NCBI GenBank assembly: GCA_016203395.1
Contig: JACQMV010000035.1
Span: 415-64,414 of the forward strand
Source of the DNA: Candidatus Woesearchaeota archaeon
GTDB lineage: Archaea; Nanobdellota; Nanobdellia; Woesearchaeales; ARS49
Length of the DNA: 64,000 bases
Reading direction: 5' to 3'
Under the pieces are notes generated by a model. That model was not told the origin of the DNA and did not search any database. It worked only from the letters and a program-made list of their open reading frames with translations. Shown here piece after piece: positions 39,979 to 49,654 of this stretch (the stretch's first letter is position 1; every line of letters starts with the position of its first letter). Position numbers and translations under genes: made by a program.

Positions 39979-40899
39979 TTACAACACCATCTCTGGTTTC
40001 ATACAAGGATAATGAGCCATCATTTTCTGCATCACAGAATCATCGCCAAGAACAATCACAGCACCGCCAGAACCGGCAACTTTTGCACCGATAGCCCCAT
40101 ACTCCAATGCCTGTTTTATAATTTTCAAATCAACAGAAAGATGCGGACTGAGTGCTTCCCTTAACAGTGTATTTTGATTCATAAGCTCACCTGTCTTTTT
40201 CCAGTCTCCTGCTTCCAAAGGAGCAACACCCTGTTCTGCCAAAGCCGCAATCTCATCCATCCTTTCTTTAATCTGGTATTCGCCACGAAGAAATCTTGAA
40301 CGCAAAGGATTATGCACAGCAGCACTTGTTTTAGGATAAGTGCTTAAACAGAGAAAAAACGGAAAGTTGTTTACATTAAGACGTTTCCACTTTCCAGCAG
40401 GATCAGTCATTCGCAGATACTCCTTACCTGTAAAATCCATAAATACCATGCCTCCTAGAGAGATAACGTACCTATCCTGAGGACCTGCAGCCCATTTCAG
40501 CTCATCAACTTCAGCATGCAATGCAAGCTCAGCAATCTGTACAGGATCAAGCCCGAGAGAATAATGCTCATTCAATGCCTTCATTGTTGCAATAATTATT
40601 GCAGAACTACCTGCAAGACCTGCACCAACAGGAATGTTTGAAGAATATGACACCCGCATACTCTTGTTTTGGATACCGAGCATTTTTATCGCTGCTTTAA
40701 TAAGATCATTCTTTCCATTGTATTCCAAAGTTTTTTCTACATGTCCATTTCCTGAAATACAAAACTCATCAGTATTCTCAACACAGGCGCATGCGTGATT
40801 ACTGAACGTGAAGCTGATAACCTTGCCGCCATAAATATCTGAAGGATTACCTAATAAGCCAATCCGCCCATTTGCCTTAGCAGTAGTCTTATCTGCCAT
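39979..40899 (-). CDS. GHMP kinase, glucuronokinase-like
   Basis: RIGLLGNPSDIYGG-VIS, SNIPVGAGLAGSSA, AGPQDR, GGMVFMDF, VHN-LRSRF--GE, GAKVAGSGG; these blocks resemble plant glucuronokinase. Confidence 0.8.
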   Translation of the reverse strand: MADKTTAKANGRIGLLGNPSDIYGGKVISFTFSNHACACVENTDEFCISGNGHVEKTLEYNGKNDLIKAAIKMLGIQNKSMRVSYSSNIPVGAGLAGSSAIIIATMKALNEHYSLGLDPVQIAELALHAEVDELKWAAGPQDRYVISLGGMVFMDFTGKEYLRMTDPAGKWKRLNVNNFPFFLCLSTYPKTSAAVHNPLRSRFLRGEYQIKERMDEIAALAEQGVAPLEAGDWKKTGELMNQNTLLREALSPHLSVDLKIIKQALEYGAIGAKVAGSGGAVIVLGDDSVMQKMMAHYPCMKPEMVL

Positions 40900-40924
40900 T
40901 ATAATACCTTCAAGCATATTGCAT

Positions 40925-42262
40925 TTAAACCTTATTATATATTGAAAGCTTTTTCTCAACAAGATGCCATGTCACCCTTGAAAGAGGCAACCCAGTGCAA
41001 AGAAAATCCCTATTCGGGCCATGAATGTCCACAATGCTTCCTACGTAATCATTCATGACTTTTGCATTTACCATAAGCCCATCACTACTAAGAACATTCT
41101 TCAAACAACTAAGATTCTTTACCATTCTTTTACTTCCTGCACCGAGGTTTGCAACACTTTCCAGCGCAGTATAACTCGTATTCCCAACACCAGAAACAAG
41201 AATAATCATAACCCCGCCAATGCCTGAAAACGCAACATCTGCTGCAGTCCTCCCAACAGCCACAGCATCCTGAAAGTCATACTGAGAAAGAATCAAAGGA
41301 TGATTCCTCTCAGAATAACACGGTCCGGATTCTCTGACTTTAAAATCCTTAAAAATATTTGCAGGAATCCTGAGCTTGTTTTCCAAAAGCAGCTTTAAGT
41401 AAAGCCCCAAACGACTATCAGTCACACTATTATTCTTATGAGCATCTTTATGATACTTCCATCTCAACCCATTTTTTAAGTAAACCTCAAGATTATTTGC
41501 AAGATACTCTTCATCTTTCACACCTTCTGAAGCCACAACAAATAATGTTTTCTGCATGTCAAATGCATTCTGGCATTTGTCAAGAAATGCCTGCTCACAA
41601 AAACCGCCTTCAGGAGTAAGCACAACATGCGGACCAAGGCACTCGTCATTCACGAGAACACTTGCAGCAGCACCCCAACCGCAATCCCGCCCCATGCTTA
41701 CTAAAATCTGGGCAACACCTCCTTCTTTAACAGAGCAATTTGTTGTATTTGTTCTGAATGAATAAAGATCCTGCTGCATACCAATAACCTTCAATGCCAA
41801 ATATTTTGCAAACGTAGCATAACCCGGACACCTGTGAGTAACAAGCAAATCATTGTCAATTGTTTTTGGAATACCTACAATATAAAGAGGAATCCCTTTT
41901 TCCTGCGAAAATTGCCTCAGAATAATTGCCTTTTCCATAGTATCATTGCCACCATTCAAAAAAACATACTGAATATTGTGAGCAACAAACACATCAATAA
42001 GCCGGGAACAATCCTGCGCATCAGGAACATGTCTTGAAGTGCCAAAAGCAGGAGCAGAGTACTGCTTAATGTGGTTGAAATCATGCGAAAACACATCAGT
42101 AATATCTTCATTCAAAGCACCACGCATTCCACCCACAGCAGCAAAAAAAGAAGAGATACAACTGCGATACTCTTTCAAAGCATGATCAAACAATCCAGAA
42201 GCACTGCCATTAATAACCGCAGTTCCTCCTCCGCCACAAATATAAATCGCATTCGGTTTCAT
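40925..42262 (-). CDS. PfkA-family phosphofructokinase, probably PPi-dependent
   Basis: GGG-AVIN, GTSR, NGGNDT, PKTIDNDL, PGY-T, MGRDCGW; Asp in GGND plus Lys in PKTID is the PPi-type signature. Confidence 0.85.
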   Translation of the reverse strand: MKPNAIYICGGGGTAVINGSASGLFDHALKEYRSCISSFFAAVGGMRGALNEDITDVFSHDFNHIKQYSAPAFGTSRHVPDAQDCSRLIDVFVAHNIQYVFLNGGNDTMEKAIILRQFSQEKGIPLYIVGIPKTIDNDLLVTHRCPGYATFAKYLALKVIGMQQDLYSFRTNTTNCSVKEGGVAQILVSMGRDCGWGAAASVLVNDECLGPHVVLTPEGGFCEQAFLDKCQNAFDMQKTLFVVASEGVKDEEYLANNLEVYLKNGLRWKYHKDAHKNNSVTDSRLGLYLKLLLENKLRIPANIFKDFKVRESGPCYSERNHPLILSQYDFQDAVAVGRTAADVAFSGIGGVMIILVSGVGNTSYTALESVANLGAGSKRMVKNLSCLKNVLSSDGLMVNAKVMNDYVGSIVDIHGPNRDFLCTGLPLSRVTWHLVEKKLSIYNKV

Positions 42263-43347
42263 GGAAGATAGTTTCTCACAGGGACGCTCTTTGCATGATG
42301 CAGCATAACCTGCCACTCTTTTGCACTGCCGATAAATTCGTCAAAACCCGCATACATCTTACTGGCAATATCAGAAACTGGCTTAAACGTGCCTTTTGGC
42401 AAATCTATACATTGAGAAAATTGTGACACAAAACAATTAACAAACCGCTCATAATCCCTTTGCATCCTGCTAACATCAGCAAGAAACATTTCTTTACCAT
42501 TTATCATTTCAGGAGTAATCTGCTGAAACAAACTATAAAGACATACGGTTGCCCCTACTTTCTCAAGAACATACTCCTGAACAAATTTTCGGGATCTGCG
42601 AGCATTACTTCTTTTCTGTATAACAAGTTCGTTGCTCTTTAAAACAGTTCTTCCATCCATAACATTCAAAAGTCCATAAAACGCATCATCAGATGCCCAT
42701 GATAAAACCCTACTGCTGTATTCTCTACCGGGAAGAAATGTTGGGGTTGGCAAAGGAACCTTTGTGCTTAAGCAGGCACCTGCAATAAGCTGCGTTCTGG
42801 AGTCAACTCCAGTATGATCATAAACAAAATCATACCATTCTTTGCGTTTTTCCTCAGCAATGAATTCATCAGTAAGCGCAAGACGACCTTCATAGCCGCC
42901 TGAAACAACATTACATCCAGCATCAAGAAGAGCGCCATGAGCGCTAATGATCTGCTTAAGAGAATGTTCTGGGTGCGGACAGCAATCCCTATCCAAACGC
43001 AAAAACCAGTCAGCACCAACCTTTTTTGAGAGAAGAGCGAGCTGATTGTTATTGCCCCCATAAGGAACAAACAAGACACCTCTATCCCTACAATAGTTCT
43101 TAAGCGCTTCACGGCTTTCAACATCCCACACAGTCACAGGAAGCTGAAGTTTAGTGCTCAACAACTGAGCACCATTGTGCTCTGCATCACTCATCGGAAA
43201 CTCATCAAGCTTTACAATACCTATCTCGCAACCAGCATCGTTACTTACACTCTGACAGAATCTTTCAAGAGAACTCAAAGCACCACCCCACTCACTTTGC
43301 TCCTCAAGAAGATGCCATGTAGCCATCCCAATAAGTATCTTTCCCAT
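42259..43347 (-). CDS. Hypothetical protein, possible GT-A-fold glycosyltransferase-like
   Basis: WFLRLDRD (DxD after a beta strand), VVSGGY, LIAGAC, WASDD; first gene of the operon. Confidence 0.5.
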   Translation of the reverse strand: MGKILIGMATWHLLEEQSEWGGALSSLERFCQSVSNDAGCEIGIVKLDEFPMSDAEHNGAQLLSTKLQLPVTVWDVESREALKNYCRDRGVLFVPYGGNNNQLALLSKKVGADWFLRLDRDCCPHPEHSLKQIISAHGALLDAGCNVVSGGYEGRLALTDEFIAEEKRKEWYDFVYDHTGVDSRTQLIAGACLSTKVPLPTPTFLPGREYSSRVLSWASDDAFYGLLNVMDGRTVLKSNELVIQKRSNARRSRKFVQEYVLEKVGATVCLYSLFQQITPEMINGKEMFLADVSRMQRDYERFVNCFVSQFSQCIDLPKGTFKPVSDIASKMYAGFDEFIGSAKEWQVMLHHAKSVPVRNYLP

Positions 43348-43472
43348 TTAAAATATCCACAACACAACATCCGCTTAAAGAACTAACGGATAAACAATAT
43401 ATTATCGGATATTCTAAATATATATTATAGTGAAAAAACATTTATATATTGAGCCGGATTTATGCATTTTTA

Positions 43473-44474
43473 GTGATACGCAGAATAATAAAACAAGGAC
43501 ACAACACTTTGACAATAACCCTGCCTAGCAAGTGGGTTAAAAATTACAATGTAAAACCCGGAGGAGAAATAAGTATAAGCGAAACAGGCAGCGCTTTATT
43601 AATAAGTGCGGAAAAGAAGGATGATTTATTAAAAACAGAGATTGACATTAAAGAACTAGACCTGCCAAACATATGGAAATACATGATGGCAGTTTACAGA
43701 GAGGGCTATGACGAGATAACTATAAAATTTAACAACACACAATTATATGAAAACCCGTACAAATACTTTACACCGTTTACTGTTGATGAAAAATACTACA
43801 AATCAAAACCGGATTTAACCCCTCTGGAATTTCTCCAACTGATGGCGCAAAGATTCGTCGGCTACGAAGTCATTGAACACCACGACAATTATGCAATTAT
43901 AAAAGATATGGCCGAGGTATCAAGCAAACAATTTGATTCCTCGCTGAGAAGAGTGTTTTTGCTTCTGCTACAGATGGGAAATGAGCTCACAGAAGCAATC
44001 AAGCTAAACAATCCTACAATGGTAAGAAGAACTCACGACCTTGACAATAATGTGGATAAATTCCACGATTATTGCGTCCGTGTATTGAACAAAACCGGAT
44101 TCCAAAGCGCAAAAAAATCTCACCTAATATTTTCCACACTGTTCCTTCTTGAATTGTTAGGAGACGAATTCAAGCACGTCGCATACCACATAATGCACAG
44201 CACAAAAGAAACAAAACTCATCGGAATAAAAACAATATCTCAAGCAACACTGCAACACCTACAAGATTTCTATCAACTATACTACCAATTTGACAGGGAA
44301 AAACTACTCAATATGTCAAGACAAGATCTTGATCAACTGTTCTCGCTTCCAGGAATGACAAAAAAACTAAACACAAAGCCAAATCCACGAGAGATAGAGA
44401 TATTCAATCACTTCAGAAGAATAAGCAGATACATAACCTCATTAATAGAGCTACGCATAGAAATGGAAGTATGA
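43473..44474 (+). CDS. AbrB/MazE-type + PhoU-like regulator
   Basis: GTG start; RRIIKQGHNTLTITLPSKWVK, YREGYDEI, LRRVF, DKFHDYC-R-LN, LELLGD. Confidence 0.85.
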   Translation: MIRRIIKQGHNTLTITLPSKWVKNYNVKPGGEISISETGSALLISAEKKDDLLKTEIDIKELDLPNIWKYMMAVYREGYDEITIKFNNTQLYENPYKYFTPFTVDEKYYKSKPDLTPLEFLQLMAQRFVGYEVIEHHDNYAIIKDMAEVSSKQFDSSLRRVFLLLLQMGNELTEAIKLNNPTMVRRTHDLDNNVDKFHDYCVRVLNKTGFQSAKKSHLIFSTLFLLELLGDEFKHVAYHIMHSTKETKLIGIKTISQATLQHLQDFYQLYYQFDREKLLNMSRQDLDQLFSLPGMTKKLNTKPNPREIEIFNHFRRISRYITSLIELRIEMEV

Positions 44475-44487
44475 ACCTACGCAAACA

Positions 44488-44606
44488 CCTGCCAATGCCT
44501 ATCAAAGAATGCGTAATTCTTTCCCGCAGCTTGCTGCGTGCCATTTTTCTAAGTAAAAACTACATTTATTTTCCCACGGCTCTTGCGGCTTTGTTAATAG
44601 TTTGAA
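44488..44606 (-). repeat. Dispersed intergenic repeat, partial copy (end modules) in reverse orientation
   Basis: CCTGCCAATGCCTATCAAAGAATGCGTAATTCTTTCCC and TTCCCACGGCTCTTGCGGCTT...TAGTTTGAA match 34361-34420 and 49295-49390. Confidence 0.7.
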
Positions 44607-44666
44607 TGTGGCTATCGTGGGATAAGTATTTCATTTGTTCAGAGTGTGGATTTTTCACTCACTGAA

Positions 44667-45140
44667 TTATTTCCTTTTCAGCTCAAGCGTTTCGCGCTTT
44701 ATGTCTGAGCCAATGCAATATGTTGCCGTAATCACCGCACTATATTGTGCTCTTAGCACTGAGATAAATGCATGAAAATCGCTTTCTTTGTGGAAAACAG
44801 TCTCTGCAAGAAAGTCATAATTTGATGCGGCAAGAAGCAGGTTATTGACGTTGGCATGATTCTCAAGAAAGTCCTGCACAATTCCTTTATTATCCCTTGC
44901 AGTTGCAATCGCCACAACATGCCTTGCATTATATCCCGCACGTTTGAAATCCAGAAGACAAGTATTACGTATTACTCTGCCTTTTACATATTTACTCATT
45001 CTATCGCACACAGTGGATACTGGCAGTTTCATTCTGACTGCCATTCTTTTGAGAGAGGTTCTTGCATTTCTTCTAAGTTCATTGATTACTGAAATATCTT
45101 CATCTCTCAATTGTAGTGCTTTGTCCTGACTTGTAATCAT
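44667..45140 (-). CDS. Lrp/AsnC-family transcriptional regulator
   Basis: LRRNARTSLKRMA---LPVSTV, LDFKRAGY, NVNN, YDFLAE. Confidence 0.85.
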   Translation of the reverse strand: MITSQDKALQLRDEDISVINELRRNARTSLKRMAVRMKLPVSTVCDRMSKYVKGRVIRNTCLLDFKRAGYNARHVVAIATARDNKGIVQDFLENHANVNNLLLAASNYDFLAETVFHKESDFHAFISVLRAQYSAVITATYCIGSDIKRETLELKRK

Positions 45141-45272
45141 TCCAACGTTTTCAAACCCCTGTTAACCTGAGTGGAGTGTTTAAATATATACTTTTGGCAA
45201 ATATAATGCTTATTTGTAATTATGTATTTATCAATGGAAAAGTATTTATAGAGTATGACTGTAATCCTTCCA

Positions 45273-46217
45273 ATGAAACGTAAGGTCAATCTGGTTGGAA
45301 TAAATACACTCACTGTCTCTCTTCCTGCAGATTTTGCCAAAAAAAACAGAATTAAGAAAGGGGATGAGCTATTTGTTAAAGCAGAGGGTAATGATGTTAT
45401 TTATTCTGTTTCTGAAAAAGCGATGGACAAAAAGGAAATAACACTAAATATTGATAATTTTTCATACTTTACGCTGTCAAGATACCTAACTGTATTTTAC
45501 CGCATGAATTACTCGCGTATCATATTATTATATAGTAAGCAGGAGTTGTTTAATGACAAAGAGGGCAAATATTTCCAGACAAAATCAACAATCAAACGAA
45601 TTGTTGACAGGTTGATTGGTGCTGAAATACTATCGCAGACCTGCTCAAGAACAGAAATAGAATTTTTTATTGCTGATGAAAAGCAAGAACTTGATAAGAT
45701 TGAAAGGCGCGTTTATTTCCTGATTAGAGAAACTCTTGATGAAATACTTGAAGCGATTAAAGGCAATTATGAAGAGTTTCACCGAACAATTTATGACCAT
45801 CATGATAATATTGTTAAGTTCATAAATTATTATCTACGAGAACTTAATTGTGCTGGCTGGAGCTCAAACAAGAAATCTATGGCTTACTCAGTATATGTTC
45901 TGCTTGATAAAATCATTGATAACCTGCGGCATCTGAGCGAAAGCATTAACGAATTCGGCTGCTCTGAAAAGACAGGTAAGTATGTTGCGAACATATTTGA
46001 CCTTTTTTCAGAGACATTTGCCATTTTGTTCAAAAAAGAGGATTACCAGTCAATCATTCGCAAAAATTATTCGATACGAAACAAAATGCTAAATGAATCC
46101 TTCAACCTCAAAGAATTCAATGTCATTTCAAAACTGTATCTTTTAACTCATTCACTTTCAGCGTTTGTGGAACTGGCTATCGTGAAGGAAATAGAAGACA
46201 AAAAGCAACCACTATAA
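45273..46217 (+). CDS. AbrB/MazE-type + PhoU-like regulator
   Basis: MKRKVNLVGINTLTVSLP-DF-K---IKKGDEL, IERRVY, HDNIVKFINY-LR-LN. Confidence 0.85.
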   Translation: MKRKVNLVGINTLTVSLPADFAKKNRIKKGDELFVKAEGNDVIYSVSEKAMDKKEITLNIDNFSYFTLSRYLTVFYRMNYSRIILLYSKQELFNDKEGKYFQTKSTIKRIVDRLIGAEILSQTCSRTEIEFFIADEKQELDKIERRVYFLIRETLDEILEAIKGNYEEFHRTIYDHHDNIVKFINYYLRELNCAGWSSNKKSMAYSVYVLLDKIIDNLRHLSESINEFGCSEKTGKYVANIFDLFSETFAILFKKEDYQSIIRKNYSIRNKMLNESFNLKEFNVISKLYLLTHSLSAFVELAIVKEIEDKKQPL

Positions 46218-47396
46218 TCCGGGATCAACTGATAACTGTTTGCGAAAGCTAAGCCAAGAGTCCTTTGCTGAGACCCTGTCAGTTCCACCAACCATTGCAA
46301 AGAACTTATACGTGCTTATCCCGCTCTGATGAGACATTGATAATAATACTGCTCCTGCTGATTCAAGCTTGCCTATAACCTCCTTTGAGCTTTTTGCACG
46401 AATTTCTCCAGAACCAAGATAAACATACCTGCCAAGCACAGGAATGATATAGTCCGCAAGTATGTATGCAGGAGATGCGGCTGTAAGCCGAACATTAGCG
46501 TCAATAATATAATACTCGCCGTCATTACCATGAAGCACATCAAACCCTACAAAACCAACATAACCATGATTCGCAACTGACTTTGCTGCTGAAAAACCAA
46601 TACTTAACAGGTCTTTGTTTGGCATGTCTTTGAGATGACAAAGAACGCCTTCAAATTCTCCTTTTGAGGAGGTGTCTTGCTCTGAATACCCAACATAATG
46701 AATGCTGCTATCTGAATTAATAAAAAACTGAATACCGAAATTTGCTTTTGCTGAAATATATTGCTCCACCAGATAGCATGCTTTTTCCTTGACAAAGCCA
46801 TCTATCATACTCAAATCATGCACGATAAGCACACCATCCCCGGAAGAGCCAGTATCTTTCTTTATAACAAACGGAGGGCTCCACGCGCCGCTTCCACTAC
46901 ACAAACCACATAGTTCATCAAGAGAAAAAACCTGACGAGCAGGGATATTACCTGAAATCTTATGCAACAGCGCTTTGTTGTTCAAAGCAAATAAGGTCTC
47001 CGGAGCCACAACATACTGCGATGGATTGATAGCTCCGTAAGGATAAAGCACAAACAATGATGAAGAAGGAAGAGCATGAATGACATTCAAATACGCGCCA
47101 GGATCTGAATTATCATATAAAAGCAATTTACCGCTAAACTCCAACTTGAAAATAGAACGCAGATAATCCAGCTGAATAGGTGGTGCTTGCAAGGGCATTA
47201 AAAAACCCGCCCCGATAGACAAGACAGCAGCTGCAAAACGCATTGTCTCTGCAACAATAGTCTGATCACTATAGTTATTCTCAACAAAGGCATAAGTGTT
47301 ATTGTCCTTTCCGCTTTTTAGTTCAGGGTATTTTGTAAAAAAATGCTTGTTCCTGACACAGTCAATTATACCTGCTTTTGTACTTTGCGAAACCAT
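46212..47396 (-). CDS. ATP-grasp-fold ligase
   Basis: LNNK, PFVIK---SSGDGV, LVEQYI, GYVGFVGFD, IIDANVRLTA. Confidence 0.8.
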   Translation of the reverse strand: MVSQSTKAGIIDCVRNKHFFTKYPELKSGKDNNTYAFVENNYSDQTIVAETMRFAAAVLSIGAGFLMPLQAPPIQLDYLRSIFKLEFSGKLLLYDNSDPGAYLNVIHALPSSSLFVLYPYGAINPSQYVVAPETLFALNNKALLHKISGNIPARQVFSLDELCGLCSGSGAWSPPFVIKKDTGSSGDGVLIVHDLSMIDGFVKEKACYLVEQYISAKANFGIQFFINSDSSIHYVGYSEQDTSSKGEFEGVLCHLKDMPNKDLLSIGFSAAKSVANHGYVGFVGFDVLHGNDGEYYIIDANVRLTAASPAYILADYIIPVLGRYVYLGSGEIRAKSSKEVIGKLESAGAVLLSMSHQSGISTYKFFAMVGGTDRVSAKDSWLSFRKQLSVDPGL

Positions 47397-47517
47397 GCTT
47401 GTTTATTATGTTTGCAACTTTAATAGATGATGACCAGAATAAAACAAAATAACACAAATATGTCTGAAATAGAACATTTACGTAATATTTATAAACCTGC
47501 CTTATTTGGAAGGCATT

Positions 47518-48156
47518 ATGAACGCATCCACCGCAGAACTGACTACTGAATACATAAATGAGCACCCTGATCTAAAACGATGCCTGAAAAAAGGCGTGAT
47601 AAACTATTCTGCATTAGCAAGACGGATATCTATTGAATTAGCCATGACTAAAAAAACGTCTAAAGAAGCAATACTGATTGCCACCAGAAGATTTTATGAA
47701 AAACTAAAAAATGAAGCAAGCCATGAAGAACTGATTAAAAAAATAATTCATAACTCCGAACTTGAAATTAAGAACAAGACTGCAGTAGTAATACTTGAAA
47801 AAAACGCGAAAACTGAAGAACTTATTGAAATTCATAAACTTGTTAGAAAGGACTCAGGCACATTTATCCTTCTTGAAGGATCTGCGAGCGTAACAATAAT
47901 AATTCCAGAGAAACACTTAAAACTTTTGACAGAAAAATATCGCGATGCAATCTTAAAATGCCATTCAAATCTCGCTTTGATAAACATAAAGTCATCCGCG
48001 ACAATAGAACGCACTGTCGGAGTGATTTCATACCTCACAGATCTTTTTGCAGAACACGGAATAAATATTGTTGAGTTACTTTCCTGCTGGAAAGACAATA
48101 TATTTGTGATAGCAACAACAGACGTTGAAAAGACAATGAAGTTTCTAAGATTCTAG
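47518..48156 (+). CDS. Archaeal HTH + ACT-domain protein
   Basis: LKKGVINYSALARRI...AILIATRR N-terminal domain; C-terminal ACT GVISYL---FAEHGINIVELLSC. Confidence 0.8.
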   Translation: MNASTAELTTEYINEHPDLKRCLKKGVINYSALARRISIELAMTKKTSKEAILIATRRFYEKLKNEASHEELIKKIIHNSELEIKNKTAVVILEKNAKTEELIEIHKLVRKDSGTFILLEGSASVTIIIPEKHLKLLTEKYRDAILKCHSNLALINIKSSATIERTVGVISYLTDLFAEHGINIVELLSCWKDNIFVIATTDVEKTMKFLRF

Positions 48157-48759
48157 CAACTTCATAAACTTCTTTTTATCTCTGCCTTTTACTTCCTTAC
48201 CCCAAAGAACGAACAATCTGTTAATCCTGCTCCAACACTCTTTGGGCGCGATTTTCATCAAAGCAAGCTCAGTCTGATGTGGAGTATTTGTATTGACAAA
48301 GCCGAGAACATTGCTTATACGATGAACATGCGTATCCACAGTGATTCCGGGCTTTTTATAAACTTCTGCCAAAACAAGATTGGCTGTTTTTCTTCCAACA
48401 CCGGGAATTTGGGTTAATTGCCCAATATTATCAGGAATCTTTTCCCTGAACTCGTTCACTAGCTTTTTTGCTGCAGCTATTACATTTTTTGTCTTAGTTT
48501 TATTATAGTTTATACTCTTCAGAATACGAAAAACCTTGGCGTAAGATGCATTTGCCAAAGCACTTAGTGTGCGAAACTCCCTAAACAAAGATTCTGCAAC
48601 AGGAATTGTTGTTTCATCCCTGCTCTGCGCAGAAAGAATTGTTGTTATAAGTGTCTGCCATCCATGAGCCCATGAATCTCCTGCCAAACGCTTAGTGCTT
48701 TTACCATACCTTTTTTCTGCCAAACCTAAAATTTTGAGAAAGTATTTACGCTTGTTCAT
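48145..48759 (-). CDS. nth: Endonuclease III (HhH-GPD glycosylase) without the C-terminal Fe-S motif
   Basis: TILSAQSRD, IPGVGRKTAN, VDTHVHR. Confidence 0.88.
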   Translation of the reverse strand: MNKRKYFLKILGLAEKRYGKSTKRLAGDSWAHGWQTLITTILSAQSRDETTIPVAESLFREFRTLSALANASYAKVFRILKSINYNKTKTKNVIAAAKKLVNEFREKIPDNIGQLTQIPGVGRKTANLVLAEVYKKPGITVDTHVHRISNVLGFVNTNTPHQTELALMKIAPKECWSRINRLFVLWGKEVKGRDKKKFMKLLES

Positions 48760-48766
48760 TTGAAAA

Positions 48767-49222
48767 TCATTTCCTAAACGAAGAGCTCCCAAAAAATTCA
48801 TACACAAAAATCCAGAAACCAATTGTGAAAACCGAGAGCGCAATAGTATACCCGCCGAATGCGCTAATTACTTGTCCTGTAATTAGTTCCCGCACGTTTT
48901 CTACAATCAGCAAAAGTTCGTGAAGAACAGAAAAAAGAATACTATAATGAAGGTACAACAAAGCACCTGACGAACGTTTTAAAGTAAGAGTCTTCAATGA
49001 AAAATCAAGAAGAGCAATAGATGCAATAACGCCTGAAATTACAATAAACCAATCAAACAAAGAAGCTTTAGCAGATACAAAAAATGCATCATACATGCCT
49101 TCCTGTGGAGCTAATTTTTCAAAAACAAAACCGATAAACTCCGCGAAGTTTACAATAAACATTATAGATGCCAAAACAACAAAAACAATAGCAAAAGCAA
49201 CAACCCCTTTTGATATCTTCAT
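48767..49222 (-). CDS. Membrane protein (about 4 TM helices)
   Basis: Four hydrophobic stretches; start moved to ATG 49222. Confidence 0.65.
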   Translation of the reverse strand: MKISKGVVAFAIVFVVLASIMFIVNFAEFIGFVFEKLAPQEGMYDAFFVSAKASLFDWFIVISGVIASIALLDFSLKTLTLKRSSGALLYLHYSILFSVLHELLLIVENVRELITGQVISAFGGYTIALSVFTIGFWIFVYEFFGSSSFRK

Positions 49223-49294
49223 GAAATCAGTGCTGAAAAACCAATATAAGAAACATTGCAAGAACTGGACAGTAATAATAATCAAATGTGCCCG

Positions 49295-49577
49295 TTATCA
49301 AAGAGTGTGTAATCCTTTCCCAGACCTGCTAATACTTATAAAAGAAGTTGTTGTTTTTCTACAGCCATTGTGGCTTGACTGGTAGTTTAAATGTGTCTTT
49401 TCTTGTTGTCACACCAAGCCCTTACCTTTTGTTTGCAACAGTAGCGCAACAGGGCACGAACTGATGTGTTGCTCATGACAATAAAAAAGGTTAATTGCAT
49501 TAAAGTTCCAGTCAGAGCACAATAGCTGCATGGCAAATACTTTATTTGCCAAGAGGATTTTTAGCAAGAGCCACAGG
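49295..49577 (-). repeat. Dispersed intergenic repeat, long copy in reverse orientation
   Basis: CAGACCTGCTAATACTT...CAGCCATTGTGGCTTG...AAGCCCTTACCTTTTG...TTGCATTAAAGTTCCAGTCAGAGCACAATAGCTGC; ATTTTTAGCAAGAGCC at 49557. Confidence 0.85.
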
Positions 49578-49654
49578 ACAAAAACCAAGCAGCATGCTCA
49601 AAATAGTGCATGGCAATCGCCATGTTTAAATAGGAGAATATCGGAACCAGTGAC

